Source: Deltaproteobacteria bacterium TL4 (lineage in GTDB: Bacteria > SAR324 > NAC60-12). From it: 20,289 bases of DNA. The notes beneath the pieces were generated by a model that was not told the DNA's origin, ran no database searches, and saw only the letters and a list, made by a program, of their open reading frames with translations. The DNA lies in contig JBBCAX010000227.1 in NCBI GenBank assembly GCA_051382335.1, forward strand, positions 1 to 20,289, written 5' to 3'. Both the position numbers and the translations under genes were made by a program. Positions 9,138 through 16,561 of this stretch are shown one piece after another (position 1 is the stretch's first letter; each line of letters starts with the position of its first letter).

Positions 9138-9293
9138 CTAGTGGCTCTTTTGAAAAAGATCGGACAGGGCGTCATCAAGGGCGCTGCTTACGATTCTCTG
9201 AACATTGTCATTTAGCCAATTTTGTATCTCAGTGAGAAGGCCTTCAGGTGTTTCCCCGCCACTAAGCATTGATTCTATTTCCTTTGCTTCCAT
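9138..9293 (-). CDS. Small acidic helical protein (51 aa)
   Basis: AAGGAG RBS before ATG 9293; MEAKEIESMLSGGETPEGLLTEIQNWLNDNVQRIVSSALDDALSDLFQKSH. Confidence 0.65.
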   Translation of the reverse strand: MEAKEIESMLSGGETPEGLLTEIQNWLNDNVQRIVSSALDDALSDLFQKSH

Positions 9294-9341
9294 TTTTCTC
9301 TCCTTGTTAACATCGCTCTTCACCGAAGTGTGACGTGAATT

Positions 9342-9773
9342 TTACGCGCTTTGAGGCATCATAGGTGATGCGTGTTTTTGCTGTTGAACTTTATAATGCT
9401 GTAAGGCAATCAGAACTTTTTTAAGCTCTTGGGCGGACAAATTGCTAAACTGGGTATGTTGTGTGTGTAAGATCCAATTTATAAATTTCACTTGCTGCTC
9501 ATAGGAGCGATATCCCAAGGGCACCAGTTCTTTTTTCAAAAATTCAAAATAACGTTCCGTATTTTGGGCCACAAACGTGTTAGTGGATTGTTCCGTTGAC
9601 AAGGTACTTTTCTTGGCTTTTAGGGTTTCATCTTTTTTGAATAAAAAGCGATGTGTCTGAGAACGTCTTCTATAGCGGTCCCTGACTAATTCGACAACGA
9701 TAATCATACTGGAGAAAATGAGTGTAAGAACACAGAAACCTAACAAAACTGCTTCCATCGTTGCTCCTAGCAT
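9342..9773 (-). CDS. Membrane-anchored hypothetical protein
   Basis: N-terminal hydrophobic segment AVLLGFCVLTLIFSSMIIVVELV followed by the basic run RDRYRRR. Confidence 0.75.
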   Translation of the reverse strand: MLGATMEAVLLGFCVLTLIFSSMIIVVELVRDRYRRRSQTHRFLFKKDETLKAKKSTLSTEQSTNTFVAQNTERYFEFLKKELVPLGYRSYEQQVKFINWILHTQHTQFSNLSAQELKKVLIALQHYKVQQQKHASPMMPQSA

Positions 9774-9965
9774 AAGAAGTGTTTAATGATAGGATCCAAT
9801 CCCTGGATCCTTAAAGATAAAAATTTTGCCCTTTATTGGCGTATTGCAATGATCAAAGCACAAAGCAGGCCATCATTTGAAAAAAACACTTTACTACGGA
9901 GACTCGTTGAAATATTTACCAATCATTATAGTTGTCCAGAAAAATGAATTCATTTAAAAATATTC

Positions 9966-10125
9966 AGCTACCCACTTAAGTCTGAACAAAATTGTAGGGT
10001 AGGTTAACGCTGCGTAATCCACCCAAAATCCGGGAATGCACGCGTTTTCGGTGGATTACGTTGCGCTAACCCACCCTGTTCTAATCCATTGAAATCATGT
10101 TCTGTCCCGTCTTAAGCAGGTAGCC
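9966..10125. mobile_element. MITE-like element B (degenerate) carrying a GTAG-type REP doublet
   Basis: 23-bp TIRs at 9966-9988 and 10103-10125 (17/23) related to GGCTACCCACTTAA. Internal inverted REPs GTAGGGTAGGTTAACGCTGCGTAATCCACC (9994-10023) and 10050-10079 (24/30). No TSD visible. Confidence 0.75.
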
Positions 10126-10141
10126 CTGAACTTGTCTCACC

Positions 10142-10861
10142 TTATTTCTTTGGCATGATCTTCAGGTTGGCGATGACGCCGTAGCCATTGCACCAAAGGC
10201 CAACGGAACCTCCAGTACGATCGCTGAGTTCGTTAACCAGCAACGATGGCTCGGTTGCGCCGTTGACGAAGACTTTCACTTGCCGTTTTTCGATGACGAC
10301 TTTGGCGTGGAACCACGCATCACCGTCGGGCGCCGATTTGATTGAGTTCTCAAATTGGCCCGTCTTTTCCTTCCTCAGCTTTTCCCACGGCCACTGCGGT
10401 TCGGAGATATACTGCAAAGCGTGCGAATTTCTTTCGGAATCCCCCGTTTTGAAATTGAACGTACGGAAATAAATCGCATCGAAATTTTTGGCATCCACCG
10501 TGTGGAAAGCCACGCCGACGAAACTGCTCTGTGGCGGCGCGCTCTTTCCTTTGGCATCGAATTCGATGATGCCCTCGTTGAACTCGAATCCATCGAGCCA
10601 GACGACATTGGGTACCCCTACCTGTGCGATACCCTGCTTCATAGGGATAAATTCGATGGCCGCAGCGCCATCTTTTTCAACGAGTTTTGTGGCGGCGATG
10701 CTCCCCTTCCACCCTTTCCCCCCAGACACAGCCTTGAGGTCGGGCGTTAGAGTCTGCGCACTCAATGAAAAAGCAAAACAAGTGAGAACCACGGCAGTCA
10801 TACTCTGGTATGGAAATATGGTTTTTAGGAGGATTACTAACTTCTTCAACGTTGATTCCAT
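10142..10861 (-). CDS. Secreted DUF1080-like (concanavalin/GH16-like fold) protein
   Basis: Signal-like SLSA|QT; motifs FNEGIIEFD, FVGVAF, FDAIYFR, HALQY, WFHAKVVI, VKVFVN, GSVGLW. Start moved to ATG 10861 after an AAGGAG RBS. Confidence 0.7.
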   Translation of the reverse strand: MESTLKKLVILLKTIFPYQSMTAVVLTCFAFSLSAQTLTPDLKAVSGGKGWKGSIAATKLVEKDGAAAIEFIPMKQGIAQVGVPNVVWLDGFEFNEGIIEFDAKGKSAPPQSSFVGVAFHTVDAKNFDAIYFRTFNFKTGDSERNSHALQYISEPQWPWEKLRKEKTGQFENSIKSAPDGDAWFHAKVVIEKRQVKVFVNGATEPSLLVNELSDRTGGSVGLWCNGYGVIANLKIMPKK

Positions 10862-10955
10862 TTTGATCTCCTTCTTTGGGGTTGATGTCGTATTGGTACA
10901 AAAAGAGCCTTTAAACCAAGGTTCTTTCAAAAACAGATAATGAGTACCATGAACA

Positions 10956-10998
10956 CATAGCGAAAGGCAAGGGCGAAACCGTGAGGGTTTGTCTGAAG
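10956..10998 (+). other. Probable fragment of group II intron domain I
   Basis: AGCGAAAGGCAAGGGCGAAACCGTGAGGGTTTGTCTGAAG resembles the AGCGAAAGGCAAGGG-stem(GTGA loop)-TCTGAAG segment I recall from bacterial group II intron 5' regions. No RT ORF or domain V seen. Confidence 0.45.
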
Positions 10999-11049
10999 AC
11001 ATGTCCTGGCTACTCACTTAATAAGGCGGGACCACATTTTACAAAAAAT

Positions 11050-11078
11050 TTGACAAAATTTATGCGGATTTGTAAATG
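11050..11078 (+). promoter_or_regulatory. Candidate sigma70 promoter
   Basis: TTGACA-17 nt-TAAATG, bracketed by the inverted repeat TTTACAAA (11038-11045) / TTTGTAAA (11069-11076). Confidence 0.35.
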
Positions 11079-11163
11079 AGCTAGACAATATCATATACAT
11101 AATTACACTTTCCGAAAGATCTCGCATTTCAGTTGAGATGACACACTGTTAGCACAGGTTTTT

Positions 11164-11440
11164 GTGGAATTAAAAGGAATTAAATTTTCAGAAGACGCCT
11201 TGCCCGGAATGTGTGATCGATATCGCATCAACGTGGCTTATTTGCTTTTCGATGGAATTCATCGGCATCGGGACGTATTGACCAAGAGTCTGTCAGGGGA
11301 GTCTTTCCCCTTTCTGGAAGAGGAAAACACGGATATGCAGTCTGGACCCAGGCTGTGCTTTTGCCGAAACGGCCTTCCTTGCGTAGTTATTGGGAAAAAG
11401 AGATTGGAATATAGATCGTTTATTTCAAAGAGGAGAGATC
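11164..11440 (+). pseudogene. Possible remnant of a minimal nucleotidyltransferase (MNT) gene
   Basis: CDRYRINVAYL resembles the MNT N-terminus that precedes FGS, but the GS-x10-DxD motif is absent. Confidence 0.3.
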
Positions 11441-11442
11441 AC

Positions 11443-12342
11443 ATGAAAAAAAATGGACTGAACAAGAAATATATTAAAACATCGTATGCTAATATCGCCT
11501 ATTTGGAAACAGGATCGAAAGACAAACCTCCTGTTCTGTTAATTCATGGCATTCCCACTTCAGGATATTTGTGGCGGGATGTGATTCAGGGAATGGCCCA
11601 CGACTATCATTGTTATGCTCCTGACTTGATGGGATTAGGCGATACCGAAGTCGATCCAAAGACGGGGTTGTTTCACATGGAAGCCCAAGCGAAAATGCTT
11701 GCGGAGTTTATGACAGTTCTGGGGCATGAGGAATTTATTATGATTTGCCATGACCAGGGTGGTGCGGCCGCACAAATCATAGCGGCCCGCTTTCCAGAAC
11801 GAATCCTCAGGTTTGTCATCACAAGCTGTGTTTGTTTTGATAATTGGCCTGTTCCCGTCATTTCCCGACTGCAAAATCTCGCCCGACTGCCCTTTCTCAC
11901 GGAAGCGATAGGAAAGACAGGACTCTTTGAATTTGTGGAAAAGCACACCTTGTTTTCCAGTTTCAGCAAAGGCGTTTACCGTAAGGGCGGGATGAATCCG
12001 GCTTCGATTGAAGAATATTTCCGCCCCTTGAAATCCAGTGCGGTTTCCCGGAAATGCTTTATTAAATTTCTTTTGGCAGGAAACCCTCGATATACCCTGA
12101 GAGTTGTGAAGGATTTGAGATATTTCAGGAAACCCACAATGATTTTATGGTCTAAAAACGATGTTTATCTGCCTCCTGCCTGGGCTGACGATTTAGCGCG
12201 ATTAATTCCAGGAACCAGACATTTTGAAATAGTTTCTGAAGCAGGGCATTTTTGGCAGGAAGAAAAAGCGGAGGAATTCACACTGAAAATATTGGACTTC
12301 CTGGCCAAAGACTTTTCTCAAAGAACAAGTCCTTACCGCTGA
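11443..12342 (+). CDS. Alpha/beta hydrolase, epoxide hydrolase/haloalkane dehalogenase-like
   Basis: LIHGIPTS, APDLMGLG, HDQGG (Asp nucleophile), AGHFWQEE. Start moved to ATG 11443 after a GAGGAG RBS. Confidence 0.9.
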   Translation: MKKNGLNKKYIKTSYANIAYLETGSKDKPPVLLIHGIPTSGYLWRDVIQGMAHDYHCYAPDLMGLGDTEVDPKTGLFHMEAQAKMLAEFMTVLGHEEFIMICHDQGGAAAQIIAARFPERILRFVITSCVCFDNWPVPVISRLQNLARLPFLTEAIGKTGLFEFVEKHTLFSSFSKGVYRKGGMNPASIEEYFRPLKSSAVSRKCFIKFLLAGNPRYTLRVVKDLRYFRKPTMILWSKNDVYLPPAWADDLARLIPGTRHFEIVSEAGHFWQEEKAEEFTLKILDFLAKDFSQRTSPYR

Positions 12343-12647
12343 AAACTCATCAGAATAAGGAACTTCATTTAAAAAAACCAAAAATCCTCACCGAATCCTT
12401 TGCAATTTGTGGAAACCGAACGGGGAGTCCAAAACCTGAGGTCAGACGTTCATGGAGGGATCCTGTTTGTTCACTTAAAGAGAACATGTATTTTATAAGC
12501 CATGACGTTTTTTCTTCCACTAACCTCGAAATCAGGATAAACTGTAACAGTAGGATTTTAAGATATTGCGTTTGGGTGGGTTTTGCTCAAATTGTAGAAA
12601 ATTTCTTATTGGAATCGTTTCATCATCGTATTTTAATGGAGGATCTC

Positions 12648-13133
12648 ATGAAACAAACAAAAATAGCCTTACTCTTAATCAGTAGTTTGATGGTGTGGAG
12701 TTCTATCGCTTTTGCGGAAACCATGTATGTCCGGAGTTTTCATGCGTTTGTGATGGAGGCCCCGCAACTCAATTCCAAAAAGTTGATACCGTTGGAACGC
12801 GGAGAGTCCGTAGAAATTCAGAGTACCCAAGGACTCTGGATGGAAATCAGTGCCAAGGGCCAAAAAGGATGGATCTCCAAAATGGTACTGTCCAAGACAC
12901 CCATTGCTGAAAAAATTTCCTTACTTGCCACTGAAGTGGATATTTCCTCAAAAGCCCGTGTGCGTGCCTCAACTTTCAGCAGTACCGCCGCCGCACGAGG
13001 ACTGATGAGTTCAGGTCGGGAGCGTATCAGTTCCCGTCAAACAACGAATTTCGAAGCCTTGGAAGCGTTAGAAACGCAGTCGATTGACGAAGCGGAAGCC
13101 GTACGTTTTATTACCGATTACACTGAAAGCTGA
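12648..13133 (+). CDS. Secreted SH3b-domain protein
   Basis: GGAGGA RBS; signal peptide ending AFA|ET; LERGESVEI..GLWMEI..GQKGWISK SH3 pattern; STAAARGL motif. Confidence 0.8.
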   Translation: MKQTKIALLLISSLMVWSSIAFAETMYVRSFHAFVMEAPQLNSKKLIPLERGESVEIQSTQGLWMEISAKGQKGWISKMVLSKTPIAEKISLLATEVDISSKARVRASTFSSTAAARGLMSSGRERISSRQTTNFEALEALETQSIDEAEAVRFITDYTES

Positions 13134-13142
13134 GTTTTATGA

Positions 13143-13165
13143 AGGGAATCCCGTTACGATTCCCT
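13143..13165. terminator. Hairpin between convergent genes
   Basis: AGGGAATC-CCGTTAC-GATTCCCT followed by CCATTTT. Confidence 0.45.
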
Positions 13166-14053
13166 CCATTTTCTGAATTTTTGCTCCAGTCTTGATAAAG
13201 ATGACGGTTCTTTTTTAGCAATTTGGGCTTTAATCGTTTTGACCGCCAAGGTTCCGCTTCGATACCCCTCCGCGTAAAGTTCCCAGACGTTATGAGAATC
13301 GGTTCTGCTATATTTGGAAAGTTCGATTTTAATCAAAACGTCCGCGTCTTTAGTTTGAAAATCTGTATTTTTATCAACGGCAATACTGAGTGCATTCAGT
13401 AACACATCCACCAGGCCCTCAGGGTGATGATAAATCCGGCTGCCGTTCAAATCCACCCCAATGATCAAATCGGCCCCCATCTCCTTTAAAGGAGAAATGG
13501 GAACATTTTCGACCAACACGCCATCCACCAATAGACGGTCATTCACTTTGGTCGGATTAAAAATACCAGGAATACAGGTACTGGCCATCACAGCGAGTGA
13601 GGGGGAACCTGATTTAAGGACCACTTTTTCGCCGTTGCTGATATCAGTCGCAATGATTGCCAGCGGGATGGGCGCATTTTCCAATAGAACGGGTCCAAGC
13701 TGTTTTTCAACGGTTTTGCGGATGGAATCATTGGATATCAATCCAAATTTTGACAATGAAAAACTCGAGATTTCCAACCAACTGATTTCCGCGGTAAGAT
13801 CTCTGATGTCTTCAGGCGTCATTCCAAAAGAATACAAACACGCAATAAAGGCACCGCTACTGGTTCCACTGAGATAGTCGGGTTTGAGATCATGTTCTTC
13901 CAAGGCTTTCAGCAATCCGATATGCGCAATTCCTCTTGCTGCGCCTCCACCCAGAGCCAACCCCATTCTTACTTTTTCATTTTCTTGGGGTTGGATGGGC
14001 TCTCCCAACGACTGTTCAGGGTCCATGGTTTCAGCAGAAAGGGGTTCCTGCAT
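13154..14053 (-). CDS. Patatin-like phospholipase (RssA/NTE family)
   Basis: LALGGGAARG, GTSSG, ATDI..GE, ASTCIPGIF, LVDGV. Start uncertain; ATG 14053 chosen. Confidence 0.9.
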   Translation of the reverse strand: MQEPLSAETMDPEQSLGEPIQPQENEKVRMGLALGGGAARGIAHIGLLKALEEHDLKPDYLSGTSSGAFIACLYSFGMTPEDIRDLTAEISWLEISSFSLSKFGLISNDSIRKTVEKQLGPVLLENAPIPLAIIATDISNGEKVVLKSGSPSLAVMASTCIPGIFNPTKVNDRLLVDGVLVENVPISPLKEMGADLIIGVDLNGSRIYHHPEGLVDVLLNALSIAVDKNTDFQTKDADVLIKIELSKYSRTDSHNVWELYAEGYRSGTLAVKTIKAQIAKKEPSSLSRLEQKFRKWRES

Positions 14054-14192
14054 GATTTCAATCTTTGTTTCTTTCACTTCTTTATGGAGCTTCCGCTTTG
14101 TCAAAGTATTCTCCTTTAATTTTTCAGATGGCCAAAAGGTGGGCAAAAAAATCACGTCAAAAAGGCATGTTTTGGATGACCTAGATCTAAAC

Positions 14193-14384
14193 TATAGACG
14201 TTCATTTAAATAAATTCATTTGAGTCTAACCCAGACTGTGGAGTGCCAAAGCTTGCTTTGGTCAAATCCAAAGAAAGACAATCGCCTTTCTGGCCAAAGC
14301 AAGCTTTGGCACTCCTGAAACAGCGTTGTTTAAACAGATCACGCAACAGGATGAGTTTTCTGAATATTTAAATGAACATCTATA
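14193..14384. mobile_element. MITE-like element A, copy 2
   Basis: About 94-95% identical to 280-473 in the same orientation; REP arms at 14240-14264 and 14291-14315. Confidence 0.85.
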
Positions 14385-14392
14385 TGTACCAG

Positions 14393-14497
14393 TATAGCTG
14401 TCCAGGAAAGTTTTTTCCCTGGGAGCGCAGGCATCTTGTCCGCAAAAGCGGGTGGGACGCCCGCACTCCCATGACAAAACTTATCTTGAGTACTATA
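14393..14497. mobile_element. MITE-like element C (TATAG-ended, degenerate) with a different GGAG-type REP doublet
   Basis: Ends TATAGCTGTCCAGGAAAGTTTT and AAAACTTATCTTGAGTACTATA match as inverted repeats at 16/22. REPs GGGAGCGCAGGCATCTTGTCCGC (14421-14443) and its inverted partner 14448-14470 match at 16/23. Confidence 0.6.
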
Positions 14498-14507
14498 ACT
14501 GTTCCCT

Positions 14508-14786
14508 CTAGGCTGTTTTTTCACTGAGGTAGGCGTCAATCTCTGCCAAAAACTCACTCACAAAATTTCCAAAGGTCTGGTTTACATTGCGAATAATTTC
14601 ATAGACACTTCCAATCAAAGAACCTTGTAACTCTTGTGCTTCAGAAGCCATATCTTCTAAAGACTCAATCTGCTCTAGCATTTTAAAGGGCGCTCCCGCA
14701 AGGGTTTTATGAATATCTTCTGCTGCCGTCAGTCCTAAATCGATTGAACTTTGAATCACATCTTTTAAATTGTTAACTTCACTCAT
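14508..14786 (-). CDS. Small acidic amphipathic helical protein (92 aa), possibly phasin-like
   Basis: GGAGGA RBS; amphipathic helix pattern with IHK..A..PF..LE and IGSVYEIIRNVN segments. Confidence 0.8.
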   Translation of the reverse strand: MSEVNNLKDVIQSSIDLGLTAAEDIHKTLAGAPFKMLEQIESLEDMASEAQELQGSLIGSVYEIIRNVNQTFGNFVSEFLAEIDAYLSEKTA

Positions 14787-14827
14787 TTTGTCCTCCGCTA
14801 TCTGATGTTTATATATTTATTGTTAAA

Positions 14828-14843
14828 ACTAGTTATAATTAGT
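14828..14843. promoter_or_regulatory. Candidate operator in the divergent promoter region
   Basis: ACTAGTTATAATTAGT (14/16 palindromic) just downstream of a minus-strand TTGACT-17 nt-TAAAAG. Confidence 0.3.
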
Positions 14844-15020
14844 GTTTTACTTTTAATCCAATATGTTAAAGAAGTCAACAATAAAATTAAATTATTTTGT
14901 GAATACTTAAATAGTTAAATATAAACCAAACCTTGGTGCCGCTAAAAAGATGAACTTGCCTATACTAAAGTAAAATATTATATCTAAAGATAGTCAAAAT
15001 TTTTAACAGAAGGAGGAACA

Positions 15021-15689
15021 ATGGCTGAAAAAAATTTCAGAGATTTATTAGGAGAGATCGTAAATACGGCACGACTAGAGAAGGGATTGACTCAAAAAGA
15101 GTTAGGGATTGAATTGGGATACCTCGAGAATTCAGCGGGTCAGATCGTTCACAAAATTGAAGAAGGAAAGATTGGAATTCCCAAAAAAAAGATCAATCAT
15201 TTACTAAAAATCTTGGGGATTACTCATGAATCCATGGGACTTGATCCTTCAATCTCGTTACCTATTTGGATTAGTTCAGAAGGAAAAAAAGGAAGCGGCT
15301 TTACCTTCCAGGATTTTTTAGCCACTGCGGAGAGCGTGGTTACCGGTATTGTAGGGATATCGGGAACGGTGGCCTCAGGAGTTGCTGAAGTTTCAGAAAC
15401 CATCGTCAAAGGCGTTCATGAATTATCCGAAACCGTCAGAGAGGGGGCAGAGGAATTATCAGATTCTCTTGAGAGTAATGCCGAAGAATTTGCGGAATCC
15501 ACCATCCAGGAAGTGTCCAATATTGCAACCGCGCATGGGAGGCTTTTACATTCTTTAATGAAAGAAATTGTTTCGAAAAAGAAAAAAATTGATGTCATCA
15601 CCAAAGCAGAGCAATTAGAAATCATTGAAGTACTCTGTAAAAGCGATCAAAAGAAAATTGATAAAATCCGACAAATCCTGGAAATTTGA
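15021..15689 (+). CDS. XRE-family HTH protein fused to tandem 11-residue amphipathic repeats
   Basis: ARLEKGLTQKELG...VHKIEEGK..IP is a typical XRE HTH; Gly at aa 109/120/131/142; AAGGAGG RBS. Confidence 0.88.
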   Translation: MAEKNFRDLLGEIVNTARLEKGLTQKELGIELGYLENSAGQIVHKIEEGKIGIPKKKINHLLKILGITHESMGLDPSISLPIWISSEGKKGSGFTFQDFLATAESVVTGIVGISGTVASGVAEVSETIVKGVHELSETVREGAEELSDSLESNAEEFAESTIQEVSNIATAHGRLLHSLMKEIVSKKKKIDVITKAEQLEIIEVLCKSDQKKIDKIRQILEI

Positions 15690-15694
15690 GGCGT

Positions 15695-16408
15695 TCATTG
15701 ATCTTGGAGTGAATTCCATTGTTTCATTTGCTGTTGAACATAATGGGTATGTTCCAACATTTTCTGTTCCAGTTGCTCACAATAGCGGGGGAGGTCTTCA
15801 CTTGAAATATTTTTAGGCACGTAAAAGGGTTCGCCATAAGCACTGACGACTTTGGAAAAAGGTTTAATGATCCGATGTTGATCCCAACTGCTAACCACCC
15901 ATTGCCGTTGAGCCTCATAGTGCCAAGGAATGATTGGAAGTCCCGTCATTTTAGCCAACATCACAATCCCCGGTTGTACTTTCAGCCGGGGACCTCGAGG
16001 ACCATCAGGCGTGATCGCTGCCGACTGGTTCCCTTTCAGGGCACGTGATATTTGTAATAAAGCCTGTGCGCCTCCACGGGAGGATGAACCTCTAACCGCC
16101 TCATATCCAAAAAAACTCATCACTTCATAAATATTGGCACCATCCTTACTTTTACTGACTAAGGCCAGCAGCTTTCGATTCCTTAACAACCAGGTGCAAA
16201 AAAAAATATTTTCGTGCCAAAGGGCCAGAATGTAATTTTTATGTTCCTTTTCAATCCCTATGATGACTTCTTCATTCAAGCGTTTGACCTTGTTGGTTAA
16301 CCCATTGAGCCAAATAAACAGCACAAGAATCCGAATCAGGATCCAGGTTTTAAGTGATTTCAAGGCTTGAAAAAGTAATTCTTTTTTGAAAATCCGGGAT
16401 AAATTCAT
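15695..16408 (-). CDS. DUF374-type lysophospholipid acyltransferase family protein
   Basis: ALWHEN, VSKSKDG, VRGSSSRGG, ITPDGPRGP, SWD...IKPFS motifs. Confidence 0.88.
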   Translation of the reverse strand: MNLSRIFKKELLFQALKSLKTWILIRILVLFIWLNGLTNKVKRLNEEVIIGIEKEHKNYILALWHENIFFCTWLLRNRKLLALVSKSKDGANIYEVMSFFGYEAVRGSSSRGGAQALLQISRALKGNQSAAITPDGPRGPRLKVQPGIVMLAKMTGLPIIPWHYEAQRQWVVSSWDQHRIIKPFSKVVSAYGEPFYVPKNISSEDLPRYCEQLEQKMLEHTHYVQQQMKQWNSLQDQ

Positions 16409-16438
16409 AGTGTTGCCTTAACCAAGCGTGGATTTTGT

Positions 16439-16561
16439 GGCTACCCACTTAACCCGAGACACCTCGATGGTAGGCCGAAACTACGTGTCCGGCAACCTCA
16501 ACGATCAGAAAAGCGGGGCATGTAATCCCCGCTTACCAATGTCCCGCGTAAGTGGGTAGCC
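16439..16561. mobile_element. MITE B with an 8-bp TSD and a degenerate GTAG-type REP doublet
   Basis: Perfect 13-bp TIR GGCTACCCACTTA / TAAGTGGGTAGCC. GATTTTGT is duplicated at 16431-16438 and 16562-16569. REP-like arms at 16470-16493 and 16513-16536. Confidence 0.88.

Noticed and set aside
10188..10940. Several overlapping shadow ORFs
   Set aside because: Alternative frames of a GC-richer gene; similar shadows over tesB, the ACADs, patatin, the kinase and GT2 were also dismissed.
10961..11000. c-di-GMP-I riboswitch
   Set aside because: GGCGAAACC is superficially similar, but the GACGCAAAG junction and second stem are missing.
12444..12453. AGACGTTCAT match to the element A end
   Set aside because: Only 10 bp, with no partner end or REP interior.
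12252..12647. 132-aa extension of the SH3 protein
   Set aside because: It overlaps the hydrolase and is not protein-like; ATG 12648 has a GGAGGA RBS and a signal peptide.
14262..14557. 71-aa and 72-aa minus-strand ORFs
   Set aside because: They run through elements A and C and are repeat-derived.
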